Positions 14,472 through 27,188 of a DNA stretch of 64,000 bases are shown here, in pieces. The notes under the pieces are model-generated. The model searched no databases, was not told the origin of the DNA, and worked only from the letters and a program-made list of their open reading frames with translations. How positions within the stretch are numbered: the first letter of the stretch is position 1; every line of letters begins with the position of its first letter. A program made the translations under genes and the position numbers. The DNA comes from Heterodontus francisci (Eukaryota), in contig NC_090378.1 in NCBI RefSeq assembly GCF_036365525.1, forward strand, positions 130,309,593 through 130,373,592. The letters run 5' to 3'.

Positions 14472-14761
14472 TTAGTTTTTTTAGTTTTAGTTTTAGTTTT
14501 AGAGATACAGCACTGAAACAGGCCCTTCGGCCCACCGAGTCTGTGCCGACTATCAACCACCCATTTATACTAATCCTACACTAATTCCATATTCCTACCA
14601 CATCCCCACCTGTCCCTATATTTCCCTACCACCTACCTACACCAGGGGCAATTGGTAATGGCCAATTTACCTATCAACCTGCAAGTCTTTGGCTGTGGGA
14701 GGAAACCGGAGCACCCGGAGGAAACCCACGCAGACACAGGGAGAACTTGCAAACTCCACAC
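14472..14761 (-). mobile_element. 5'-truncated tRNA-derived SINE (HE1/V-SINE-like) inserted in the 17-bp satellite
   Basis: Reverse complement of the body of the 28155-28514 SINE; (CTAAAA)n tail; tRNA head absent. Confidence 0.9.
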
Positions 14762-16075
14762 TGTCTATATGGCACTGAGGGACACATGGCACAGAGGGAT
14801 ATATGTCACTGAGAGATGTATGCTACTGAGGGATGTATGCTACCTAGGGAACTATGGTACTGAGGGATATATGTCACTGCGGGATATATGGCACTGAGGG
14901 ATGTTTGCTACAGAGGAATAGATGGCACTGAAGGATATATGGCGCCGAATGATATATGGCACTGAATGATATATGGCACTGAGGGATATATGACACCGAA
15001 TGATATATGGCACTGAGGGATATATGGCACTGAGGCATACATGACACTGAGGGATATATAGCACTGAGGGATATATGGCACTGAATGATATATGGCACTG
15101 AGGGATATATGGCACTGAGGGACATATGACACTGAGGGGTGTATGCTACTGAGGGATGTATGCTACAGAGGAATATATGGCACTGAATGATATATGGCAC
15201 TGAGGGATATATGGCACTGAATGATATATGGCACTCAATGATATATGGCACTGAGGGATATATGGTACTGAGGAATATATAGCTCTGATGAATATATGGC
15301 ACTCAGGGATATATGGTACAGAAGAATATATGGTATTAAGGGATATATGGTACTGAGAAAGATATGGATCTGAGGGACATATGGTACTGAGGGATATATG
15401 GTACTGAGGGATATAGGATACTGAGGGACATATGGAACTGAGGGATATATGATACTGATTGATATATGGTACTGAGTGATATATGACACAGAGGGATATC
15501 TGGCACTTGGGATATAGGGTACTGAGGGACATAATGCACTGAGGGATATATGGCACTAAGGTATATGTGGTACTGAGAGACATATGGTACTGAGGGACAT
15601 ATGGCACTGAGGGACTATGGCACAAAGAGATATATGATACTGAGGGATAATTGGTACTGAGTGACATATGGCACTGAGGGGTATATGGCACTGAAGGATA
15701 TATAGCACTGAGGGATATATGTCACTGAGGAATATATGACACCGAATGATATATGGCACTGAATGATATATGGCACTGAATGATATATGGCACTGAAGAA
15801 TATATGGCACTGAGGGATATATGGCACTGAGGGATATATGGCACTCAATGATATATGGCACTCAATGATATATGGCTCTGAGGGATATATGGCACTGAGG
15901 GATATATAGCACTGAGGGATATATGGCACTGAATGATATATGGCTCTGAGGGATATATGGCACTGATGGATATATGGCACTGAGGGATATATGGCACTGA
16001 GGGATATATGGCACTCAATGATATATGGCACTGAGGGATATATGACACTAATTGATATATCTTACTGAGGGACGT

Positions 16076-16462
16076 TTAGTTTGGCCACACTTAGAATATT
16101 GCGTGCAATTCTGGTCGCCACACTACCAGAAGTACGTGGAGGCTTTGGAGAGGGTACAGAAGAGGTTTACCAGGATGTTGCCTGGTCTGGAGGGCATTAG
16201 CTATGAGGAGAGGTTGGATAAACTTGGATTGTTTTCACTGGAACGACGGAGGTGGAGGGGTGACATGATAGAGGTTTACAAAGTTATGAGCGGCATGGAC
16301 AGAGTGGATAGTCAGAAGCTTTTTCCCAGGGTGGAAGAGTCAGTTACTTGGGGACATAGGTTTAAGGTGCGAGGGGCAAAGTTTAGAGGGGATGTGCGAG
16401 GCAAGTTCTTTACACAGAGGGTGGTGAGTGCCTGGAACTTGCTGTACTGTTCTTTGTTCTTT
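16076..16462 (+). mobile_element. CR1 3' fragment with internal deletion, inserted in the 17-bp satellite
   Basis: LVWPHLEYCVQFWSP...FFTQRVVSAWN joined directly to the GCTGTACTGTTCTTTGTTCTTTG tail. Confidence 0.9.
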
Positions 16463-19400
16463 GAATGATATATGGCACTGAAGAATATAAGGCACTGAGG
16501 GATATATGGCACTGCATGATATATGGCACTGAAGAATATATGGCACTGAAGAATATATGGCACTGAGGGATATATGGCACTGAATGATATATGGCACTCA
16601 ATGATGTATGGCACTGAGGGATATATGGCACTGAGGGATATATGGCACTGAAGGATATATGGCACTGAGGGATATATAGCTCTGATGAATATATGGCACT
16701 CAGGGATATATGGTCCAGAAGAATATATGGTTTTAAGGGATATATGGTACTGAGAAAGATATGGTTCTGAGGGAAAGATGGTACTGAGGGATATATGGTA
16801 CTGAGGGATATAGGATACTGAGGGACATATGGAACTGAGTGATATATGATACTGATTGATATATGGTACTGAGTGATATATGGCACAGAGGGATATCTAG
16901 CACTTGGGATATAGGGTACTGAGGGACATAATGCACTGAGGGATATATGGCACTAAGGTATATGTGGTACTGAGAGATATATGGTACTGAGGGATAATTG
17001 GTACTGAGTGACATATGGCACTGAGGGGTATATGGCACTGAAGGATATATGGCACTGAGTGATAAACGGTACTGAGGGATATATGGCATTCAGGGATATT
17101 TGCTAGTGAGGGAATATGGTACTGAGGGGCATATGTCACTGAGCGATATATGGTATGGAGTGATATATGGTACTGAAGAATATATGGCTCTGTGGGCTAT
17201 ATTGTACTGATTGACATATGGCACTGAGGGATATACGATACTGAAGGTAAGATGGTACTGATGGATATATGGTACTGTGGGACATTTGCTACTGAGGGAC
17301 ATATGGTAGTGAGGGACATATGGCACTGAGGGATATATGGCTCTGAGGGATATATGGTTCTGAGGGATTTATGTCACTGTGGTATATATGATACTGAGGG
17401 ACATATGGCACTGAGGGGTATATGGCACTGAAGGATATATGGCACTGAGTGATAAACGGTACTGAGGGATATATGGCATTCAGGGATATTTGCTAGTGAG
17501 GGAATATGGTACTGACGGGCATATGTCACTGAGGGATATATGGCACTAAGGAATATATGGCAGTAAGGGATATATGCTACTAATAGACATATGGAACTGG
17601 CAGACATATGATACTGAGCAGTATAAGGTACTGGGGGATATATGGTACTGAGGAATATATGGCTCTGAGGGATATATGGTCCTGAGGCATAAGTTGTACT
17701 GAGGGACAGATGGTACTGGGCGACATATTGCACTAAGTGATATATGGTACAGTGGGACATATGGTACTGAAGGACATATGGCACTGAGGGATATATGGCA
17801 CTGAAAGATATGTAGTACTGCAGGACATTTGGTTCTGAGTGACATATGGTACTGAGGAATATATGGCTCTGCGGGATGTATGGTACTGAGGGACATATGG
17901 TACTGAGGGACATATGGCAGTGAGGGACATATGGATCTGAGCTATATAAGGTACTGAGGTATATATGCTCTTGTGGGACATATGATACTGAGGGATATAT
18001 GCTACTGAGGGATATATGGTCGTGAACAATAATTGGTACTGAGGAATATATGGCACTGAGGAAATATGGCACCAAGGGACATGTGGCACTGAGGGATATA
18101 TGGTACTGAGGGGCATATGGCACAGAGCCATACATGGCACTGAGGTATATATTGTACTGAGGGATCTACAGCACGGAGCGATAAATGGTACTGAGAGACA
18201 TATGGCACTGAGGGTCTTATGGCACTGAGGGACATATGGCACTGACGGATATATGGTACTGATGGATGTACGGTACTGAGGGACATATGGTACTGAGGGA
18301 TATATGGCACTGACGGATATATGGTACTGATGGATGTACGGTACTGAGGGACATATGGTACTGAGGGATATATGGCACTGAGGGATATATGGTACTGAGG
18401 GATATATGGTACCGAGGGACATATGGTACTGAAGAATATATGGCACTGAGGGATATATGGCACTGAGGGATATATGGTTCTGAGGGATATATGTCACTGT
18501 GGTATATATGATACTGAGGGACATATGGCACTGAAGGGCATATGGCACTGAGGGGTATATGGCACTGAAGGATATATGGCACTGAGTGATAAACGGTACT
18601 GAGGGATATATGGCATTCAGGGATATTTGCTAGTGAGGGAATATGGTACTGAGGGGCATATGTCACTGAGGGATATATGGCACGAAAGAATATATGGCAG
18701 TAAGGGATATATGCTACTATTAGACATATGGAACTAGCAGATATATGGTACTGAGCAGCATAAGGTACTGGGGGATATATGGTACAGTGGGACATATGGT
18801 ACTGAAGGACATATGGTCCTGAGGGACATATGGTTCTGAGGGGTATATGACACTGAGGGATATATGGCACTGAGGGATATTTGGCACTGAGGGTCATATG
18901 GCCCTGAGGGATATATGATACTGTGGGATATATGGCACATAGGCATATATGGTAGTGAGGCACATATGGCACTGGAGGATATATGGTACTGAGAGACATA
19001 TGGCACTGTGGGAGACATGGTACTGAGGGATATGTGGTTCTGTGGGATATATGGTACTGAGCGACATGTGATACTGAGGAATATATGGCTCTGTGGAGTA
19101 TATGGTACTGAGGGACACATGGTACTAAGGGACATATGAGACTGAGGGATTTATGGTACTGAGGGTTAATGGCACTGAGGGATATATGGTACTGAGGGAT
19201 ATATTGCCACGAAGAATTTATGGCACTGAGGGATATATAGTACTGAGGGACATATGTTACAGAGGGACCTATGGCACTGAGGGATATATGGTATGGAGTG
19301 ATATATGGTACTGAAGAATATATGGCTCTGTGGGCTATATTGTACTGATTGACATATGGCACTGAGGGATATACGATACTGAAGGTAAGATGGTACTGAT

Positions 19401-21229
19401 GGATATATGGTACTGAAGGACATATGGCACTGAGGGAAATATGGCACTGAGGGATATATGGCACTGAAGGATATATGCTTCTGAGGGATATATGTCACTG
19501 TGGTATATATGATACTGAGGGACATATGCCACTGAGGGACATATGGCACTGAGGGACATATGGCACTGAGGGAAATATGCACTAAGGGATATATGGTTCT
19601 GAAGGATATATGGTACTGAGCAAAATAAGATACCAGGGGATATGTGGTACTTAGGAATATATGGCTCTGAGCAATATATGGTACTGAGGGTCTATATGGT
19701 ACAATGGGATATATGGTATGGGGGGATATAGGGTACTGAAAAATATATGGCTCTGTGGGCTATATTGTACTGATTGACATATGGCACTGAGGGATATATG
19801 GCACTGAGGGATATATGGTACTGAGGGACTTATGGTACTGAGGGACATATGGCACTGAGGAATATATGGTACAGAGGGATATATACCTCTGAGGGATATA
19901 TGGTATGGCGGGACATATGGTACTGAGGGACATATGGCACTGTGGGACATAGTGAGGGACATTTGACACTGAGGAATATATGGCTCTGTGGGATATATGG
20001 TACAGAGGGACATATGGTACTGAGGGTCATATGGCATGGAGGTACATATGGGAATGAGGGATATGTGGTACTGAGGGATATATGGTACTGTGGAATATAT
20101 GGTACTGAGTGACATATATTACTGAGGGACCTATGGCACCGAGGGACCTATGTTTCTGAGAGATACATGGTTCTGAAGGATGTTTGGGACTGAGGGATAT
20201 ATGGTACTGAGGGACATGTGGCACTGAGGGACTTATGGCACTGAGGGGGATATATGTCTCTGAAGTATATCTGGTAGTGAGGATTATATGGCACTGAAGG
20301 ATATTTGGTACTGAGGGAAATATGTCACTGAGGGATATATGGCACTGAGGGACATAAGGCACTGAGGGATCAATGCTACTGAGGGATAGATGGTACTGAT
20401 GGGCATATGGTACTGAGGGACCAATGGCACTGTGGGATATATGGTACTGAGGGACATATGGTACTGAGGGGCATATGGCACTGAGAGATATATGGCCCTG
20501 TGGGATATATGGTAGTGAGGATTATATGGCACTGAGGGATATATGGCACTGAGGGATAAATGGCACTGAGGGATAAATGTCACTGAAGAATATATGGCTC
20601 TAAGGAATATATGGCACAAGGGGATATATCATACAGCGGGATCTATGCTACTGAGGGAAATATGCTACTGAGGGATATATGGTACTGAAGGCTATACGGT
20701 ACTGAGGGATATATGGCACTGAGTATATATGGTGCTGAGTGTCATATGGTACTGAGGGACATGTGGCACTGAGGGATATATGGCACTGAGGAATATATGG
20801 CACTGAGGAATATATGGCACTGAGAGATAAGTGGTACTGAGGGATATATGGTACTGAGGGACATTTGACTCTGAGGGATATATGGTACTGTGGGACTTAT
20901 GTCACTGAGGGTTATATGGTACTGAGTGACATATTGTACTGAGGGATATGTGGCACTCAGGGATATACAGTACTGAGAGATATATGGCACTGAGGGATAT
21001 ATGGTACTGAAGGATATATGGCACTGAGGGATAAATGGTACTGAGGGATATATGGTACTGAAGGATATATGGCACTGAGGAACATATGGTACTGAGGGAC
21101 ATATGATACTGAGCGATATATGGTACTGAGGCATCTATGGTACTGAGAGTATATGGCACTGATGGATATATTATACTGATGAGGCATTCTTTTGTGATAT
21201 ACAGTAATGATGGGCAGCTTTGATAACAG

Positions 21230-22130
21230 AACATCGTGTCACTGCGGCACAGAAGGAGACCATTCAGCCCACTGATTCTGTGCCGGCTTTCTGTTCCATT
21301 ATCCTGCTCTATCCCCGTAGCCCTGCAAGTTTATTTCCCGCAAGTGTCTATCCAATTTTCTTTTGAAATCATTCATTGCTTCTGCTTCCACTACCCTTGC
21401 AGGCAGCAAGATCCAGGTCATTACCTCTCACTGTGTAAAAATGTTCTTCCTCGCAATCCCCCTGCATCTCTTGCCCAAAATCTTAAATCTGTGTGCCCCA
21501 GTCTTTGTACCATCTGCTAATGGGAACAGTTTTACTTTGGCTACTTTATCTAAATCTGTCTTAATCTTGGACAGCTCTGTCAGATCTCCCCTCAATCTCC
21601 TGTGCTCCAAGGAGAACAACCCCAGTTTCTCCAAACTAACCTTGTAGCTAAAATCCCTCATCTCAGGAACCATTCTGGTAAATCTCCTCTGTACACTCTC
21701 AAGGACATTCAAATCCTTCCTGAAGTGTGGTAACCAGAACTGGATGTAATACTCTAGTTGGGGCCTAACCAGAGCTTTATAAAGGTCCAGCATAACTTCC
21801 CTGCTTTTGTACTCTTTGCCTCTATTTATGAAGCCCCAGATCGCATTATGCTTTGCTAACTACTCTCTCAATATGTCCAGCCACCTCAAAGCTCGATTCA
21901 CATGAACCCCCAGGTCCCTCTGTCGTTGCACACTCTTTAGAATTGTGCCATTAATTTTATATTGTCTCACCCTGTCTCTTCTACCAAAATGCGACACCTC
22001 ACACTTCTCTGTATTAAATTCCATCTGCCGCCTCTCTGCCCATTCTGCTAGCCTATCTATGTGCTGTTGCAATCGATTTGCATCATCCTGACTGTCTGCA
22101 AGACCTTCGAGTTGGGGAACATCACTATCT
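21230..22130 (-). mobile_element. CR1 LINE 3' fragment
   Basis: LYKALVRPQLEYYIQFWLP, MEFNTEKCEVSHFG and QRDLGV motifs on the minus strand. Confidence 0.9.
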
Positions 22131-22574
22131 ACTATCCTTTAATCTGAAAAACAAATATGTCATGGAGAGACTGCACTCTGTTCCCAACATCCCCGTACTG
22201 TCAGTTTCTATGTAGTTTAATTGGAGCAGAATCCAAGGGGCTCCTGCTCTCTCTCCGCACTGCCGTGCTGATCCAGTGGCCTCCTCGTAACTCCAGAATA
22301 GAATGCCAATCAAGGGAACGTTTACTGTCCATTTAACAACCCCAGCTGTGGGGACAGCGGGGACAGGGACAAGGGCTACAGCCACAAAAACCACGTCACC
22401 ACACGTAGGGAGTCCTGGCTGTGTCAGGAGGACAATGGGCTGTGTTGTGTGAAAATGACGCTGCTCACAGCAAGGATTTCACAGTCAATGCTCAGGCAAC
22501 AATTACAAAACCTTCACTTTAAACTGAGAGATAGCTAGCCAGCAAGAGAGAAATTAAACAGGGCCATTCACTCT

Positions 22575-23714
22575 GCGGTACCACTGCACCCACCTCCCCC
22601 ACTCTGATACCTCAGCTCTCCGATACTGCCCCCGTGCTCTCCAATACCTCCCCGCTATCCCATACCCCCACTCTCTGATTGCCCCGCTATCCCATACCCC
22701 CACTCCAATCACCCCCCCACCACTCTCCGATTCCCACCCCCCCCACTCTGCCTTACTCCCACCCACTCTCCTAGAGCCGACCCGATTTCTGATACCATAC
22801 ATCTCACCCCTCATCCCCGCTCTCCCACACCCATCAGCTTTCCCATACCCCCCACTCGCCAATACCCCCACCCTTCCATACCCTCCCAATTTCCTATAGA
22901 CTCCCCCCACTCCCATCCCCCAAACTACTCCAATACCCCAACTCTCCAACACCCCCCAATCTGTGATAACAGTCCCCCATGCTCTCCGATACCCATGCTC
23001 TTCCACACCCACCTCCTGCTCTCCAATGACCCCCCTTGCTCTCCGATACCCCTGCTCTTCCATACCCACCTCCTGCTCTCCAATGCCCCACCCCCGCTCT
23101 CCGATACCCCTGCTCTTCCACACCCACCTCCTGCTCTCCAATGCCCCACCCCCGCTCTCCGATACCTCTGCTCTTCCACACCCAGCTCCTGCTCGCCAAT
23201 GCCCCCACCTGCTCTCCGATACCCCTGCTCTTCCATACCCACCTCCTGCTCTCCAATGCCCCCACCCGCTCTCCGATACCCCTGCTCTTCCATACCCACA
23301 TCCTGCTCTCCAATGCCCCCCCCGCTCTCCGATACCCCTGCTCTTCCATACCCACCTCCTGCTCTCCAATGCCCCCCCCTGCTCTCCGATACCCCTGCTC
23401 TTCCAAACCCACCTCCTGCTCTCCAATGCCCCACCCCCGCTCTCCGATACCTCTGCTCTTCCATACTCACCTCCTGCTCTCCAATGCCCCACCCCCGCTC
23501 TCCGATATCCCTGCTCTTCCATACCCACCTCCTGCTCTCCAATGCCCCACCCCTGCTCTCCGATACCCCTGCTCTTCCATACCCACCTCCTTCTCGCCAA
23601 TGCCCCCACTCTCCTATACCCACTGCTCTTCCACACCCACCTCCTCCCCTCCAATGCCCCCACTCTCCGAAATCCCCTGCTCTTCCACACCCACCTCCTC
23701 CCCTCCAATGCCCT
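22575..23714. repeat. C-rich ~58-bp minisatellite built from three ~19-bp GCTCT(C/T)C subunits; degenerate left part
   Basis: GCTCTCCGATACCCCTGCTCTTCCATACCCACCTCCTGCTCTCCAATGCCCCACCCCC with period 58 (23096, 23154). Confidence 0.93.
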
Positions 23715-23834
23715 CTAGCTCAGAGATTCTGCCCATGCCCACAAGCAGGGCATATCGTGAGAAGCAGATTGGCAGGTTTAAACAAGGTGTGAGTGTCGGC
23801 AGCAGCTGAGGCAAAGGCGAGCAGAGGTGCCTGA

Positions 23835-25590
23835 ATGGATGAAATAGATCAAAAGGAGCTGCGAAATAGATTGGCATCACTACAAGTTAACAAGTCAGCT
23901 GGTGCAGATGGGATGCAGCCTCGGTTGCTGAGGGAAGCTAAGGTGGAGATAGGAGAAGCTCCAAGCACAATCTTTCAGTCCTCCCCAGATATCACAGTCG
24001 TGCCAGAGAACTGGAGGATGTCAATGTTACACCCTGTTCAAAAATGGACAGAGGAATAAACTTGATAACTGCAGGCCAATCAGTCAAACGTCAGTGCTCA
24101 TCAAACTACTAGGCACCATTGTTAAGAACAAAATGAATCCTTACTTGGAGAAGCATGGGTTAATAAGGGACAGCCAGCAGGAATTTGTTAACCTGAATAA
24201 GTTCTTTGATGAAGTAACAGTGGGTTGATGACGGTAATGCATCAGATGTAGATAGAGACTTTCAAAAGGCGTTTGATAAAGAACCACATAACAGACTTAT
24301 TCAGAAAAGAAGGCACAGATGGTATTAGAGAAAGAGGAGGCAGACAGTTATGGTGAAAGCTGCTCTGACTGCAGTGAGATCCCCAGGGGTCTGTATTAGG
24401 AATATGTTTTTCTTGTTATATTTAAATGATCTGGACTCAGGTATAGGGAGTACAATTTTGAAGTTTGCAGATGATATGAAACTTGCCAATATAGTAAATA
24501 GTGAGTAGAATAGTAACAGACTTCAGGAGGACAGACAGACTGGTGAAACAGCAGTCGCAATTTAATGTGGAGAAGTGTGAACTGATGCACTTTGGGATTT
24601 GCGATATAATCAAAATGGTATCTCTTTGGACAGGATGCAAATAACATTCACGCCGCACAGTGTCGGGTAATGGCCATCCCAACAAGAGAGGATCTAACCT
24701 TTGACATCCAACAGTATTACCATCACTGAATCCCCCACTATCAACATCCTAGGGCTACCATTGACCAGAAACTGAACTGGAGTAGCCATATAAATACTGT
24801 GGCTACAACAGCAGGTCAGAGGCTAGGAATCCTGCAGTGAGTAACTCACCTCCTGACTCCCCAAAGCCTGTCCACCATCTACAAGGCACAAGTCAGAAAT
24901 GTGATGGAATACTCTCCACTTGTCTGGATGGGTGCAGCTCCAACAACACTCAAGAAGCTCGACACCATCCAGGACAAAGCAACCTGATTGATAGGCACCC
25001 CATCCACAAACATTCACTCCCTCCACCACCGACGCACAGTGGCAGCAGTGTGTACCATCTACAAGATGCACTGTAGCAACGTACCAAGGCTCCTTAGACA
25101 GCACCTTCCAAACCCACGACCTCTACCAACTAGATGGACAAGGGCAGCAGATGCATGGGAACACCACCACCTGCAAGTTCCCCTCCAAAGCCACACACCA
25201 TCATCACCTGGAAATATATCACCCCGTTCCTTCACTGTTGCTGGGCCAAAGTCCTGGAACTGCCTACTTAACAGCACTGTTGATGGACCTACCCCACATG
25301 GACTGCAGTGGTTCAAGAAGGCAGCTCACCACCACCTTCTCAAGGGCAATTAGGGATGGAAAATAAATGCTGGCCTGGCCAGCGACACCCACATCCCATG
25401 AATGAATGAAAAAAGCGGAGGAGCCTGGGGTGGGGATTCCCAAATCTTTGGAGGTGACAGGACAAGTTGATAAGGTGGTTAAGAAAGCTAATGGGATAGA
25501 TGGCTTTGTAAATAGGACATTGATTGCATAAACAAGGAAGTCACCTGTTAGGCCTTAGCTGGAGTATTGTGTACAATTCTGGGCATCTTG
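23835..25590 (+). mobile_element. Highly decayed CR1 (23835-24600, resuming 25416-25590), interrupted by a second LINE
   Basis: KSAGADGMQPRLLRE, VPENWR, DFQKAFDK, KFADDMK; after the insert, KVVKKANG and LEYCVQFW-like remnants. Confidence 0.75.
24640..25415 (+). mobile_element. CR1-group LINE 3' fragment (second family, shares its tail with the Deu-type SINE)
   Basis: STIYKAQVRNVMEYSPLVWMGAAPTTLKKLDTIQDKA; 3' end GGGCAATTAGGGATGG..CCCACATCCCATGAATGAATGAAAAAA. Confidence 0.82.
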
Positions 25591-25733
25591 GTCTGCCCCT
25601 CTGTGAATGGGGAGGAATGGTGGGGAAAGGGATCCCAAGGCTTTTAGGAAGGGTATCCTGCGGACAGGGAGTCCTGGGGGATGGGGCCTCCCTGGTTGAG
25701 GAGTGGTTCTGAGTGGGGAGTAGAGTGTCCTAC

Positions 25734-26196
25734 CTGAGGCTGATCTCTCTCCCGAGCAGCCGGTCGTACACTGTTGTCGGAGTATGGAGAGCTCTCTCTC
25801 GAGCAGTTTCAGCCGGTTGATGATGTTCTGCAGCATGGGGGTGTTTGGGCAGTCACAGGCCTGTTTAGGGATGTTGATGTTATGGGTGAAGGCTACCTGA
25901 CTGTCCAGGTTTTCTTGTGTGTTCTGAGTGGTGTACACACCCTGTGAAGACTCAGTCTGTTCTGAGGAGCTCTCCATTCTCACCGAGCACAGGGAATCCA
26001 GAGGCACGTTGATGTTATAGACGTGGTTAAAGACAATTGACTGCTGCTTAACTGGTACCGTGTGGTTAATGTGGTGACCTCTGGCCGAGGCTTCATTGTA
26101 CTTCCGCCGGTAAGCGCTGTCCAGCAGCTGGCACACAGCCGGGTCCAGGAGAGTGCTGAGGCAAACTGCCAGGACAGCGAGCAGCATCATCAACAT
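25734..26196 (-). CDS. TNR: Tenascin, most like tenascin-R: first coding exon (signal peptide + tenascin assembly/heptad domain); full exon 26267->25734
   Basis: Hydrophobic signal peptide; VFNHVYNINVPLDSLCS, SQVAFTHNINIPKQACDC and heptads LQNIINRLKLLERELSILRQQC resemble TNR; acceptor TTTGTTTTACAG before 26267; in-frame TAA upstream of ATG 26196; phase-1 donor G|GTAGGA at 25734/25733. The family call is strong, orthology less so. Confidence 0.85.
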
Positions 26197-26319
26197 CTCA
26201 CCTTACAGCTCCCTTGGAGTGAGGGATCTCCCAGACCTAAGGATGAACACGAGTCCAGAACCAGGTGCTGTAAAACAAAGCAAGCATTCAAAGATTCAAG
26301 CCAGAAGCCAGTCTCCTGC

Positions 26320-26845
26320 TGAATTCTCAATCCTGTGCTCTCCTGGCTGGTCTCCCACCTTACCCCTCTGTAAACTACATCTCATCCAAAACTCTGCTCT
26401 CCGTATCCTAACACCAATAAGTGTCATTCCACTACTGCTGCTGTGCTCACTGACCTATACTAGCTCCTAGTCAAGCAACGCCTCAATTTTAAAATTCTCA
26501 TCCTTGTTTTCAAATCCCTCCAAGGCCTCATCTCTGTAATATCCTCCAGCCCCACAGACCTCCGAGACCTCTGGGCTCATCTAATTCTGGGCTCTTGGTG
26601 GCCATGCCTTCAGCTGCTGAGGCCCTAAAGCTCTGGAATTCCCTCCATACACCTCTTCACCTCTACTACCTCACTCTCCTCCTTCAACACTCTCCTTAAA
26701 ACATGCCTCGATGTACAATCCTTGGCTCACCTTTGCTGATATCTCCTTATGTGGCTCAGTGTAAAGTTTTGTTTGATAACACTCCTGTGAAATGCCTTTG
26801 GAATATGTTAAAAGGACTATTCAAACACAAGTTCTTGTTGATGGT
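26320..26845 (+). mobile_element. L2 LINE 3' fragment
   Basis: KLHLIQNSALRILT and FKILILVFKSL-type L2 C-terminus; degenerate (GTT)-rich tail. Confidence 0.75.
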
Positions 26846-27188
26846 GAGAAAGCAGAGACTCGAAATGATAATGAGACAGCTCCTCTTCTCTCTGAAACTG
26901 CAGGCGGCAGCCAGAGTTTATATTGCAACATGATGTCACTGAGACAGCCCATTGAGACTGATGGAGACAAGCTCAGTAACATCAGCATCCAACTTATTAG
27001 CAATTTTCTGAAAGCATCCCTTCTGAGAACAAATTCAAACCATGATCCATGCTCCTCGAACTTGCAGTTCCTCTGTTCCACTCTTGGCACAACCAGAGGG
27101 AAGAGTTTACTAAAACCCCCTCAGGAAATGTTGCCAGGCATTGCTGCAGCACAAAACAGTAACAGAATCAAACATATTCTCGAAACTG

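Larger units (their letters stand above)
12827..21215. repeat. 17-bp satellite, consensus TGAGGGATATATGGCAC (variants TGAATG.., TGAAGA.., ..GGTAC), several hundred copies
   Basis: 17-nt period (ACTG at 14341, 14358, 14375); homogeneous at 12850-14470 and increasingly diverged to the right; interrupted by SINE and CR1 inserts. Confidence 0.97.

Noticed and set aside
12765-21234. Long minus-strand CHISLSAIYPSVPYIPQ ORFs (up to 581 aa)
   Set aside because: The 17-bp unit has no stop on that strand, so all three frames give the same 17-aa cycle; no splice or codon evidence
22554-23880. Pro-rich and Gly/Arg-rich ORFs in all six frames
   Set aside because: Translation of the 58-bp minisatellite
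25555-25733. C-terminal extension of the 213-aa ORF (RTLYSPLR...)
   Set aside because: Read-through past the GTAGGA donor into intron and CR1 sequence
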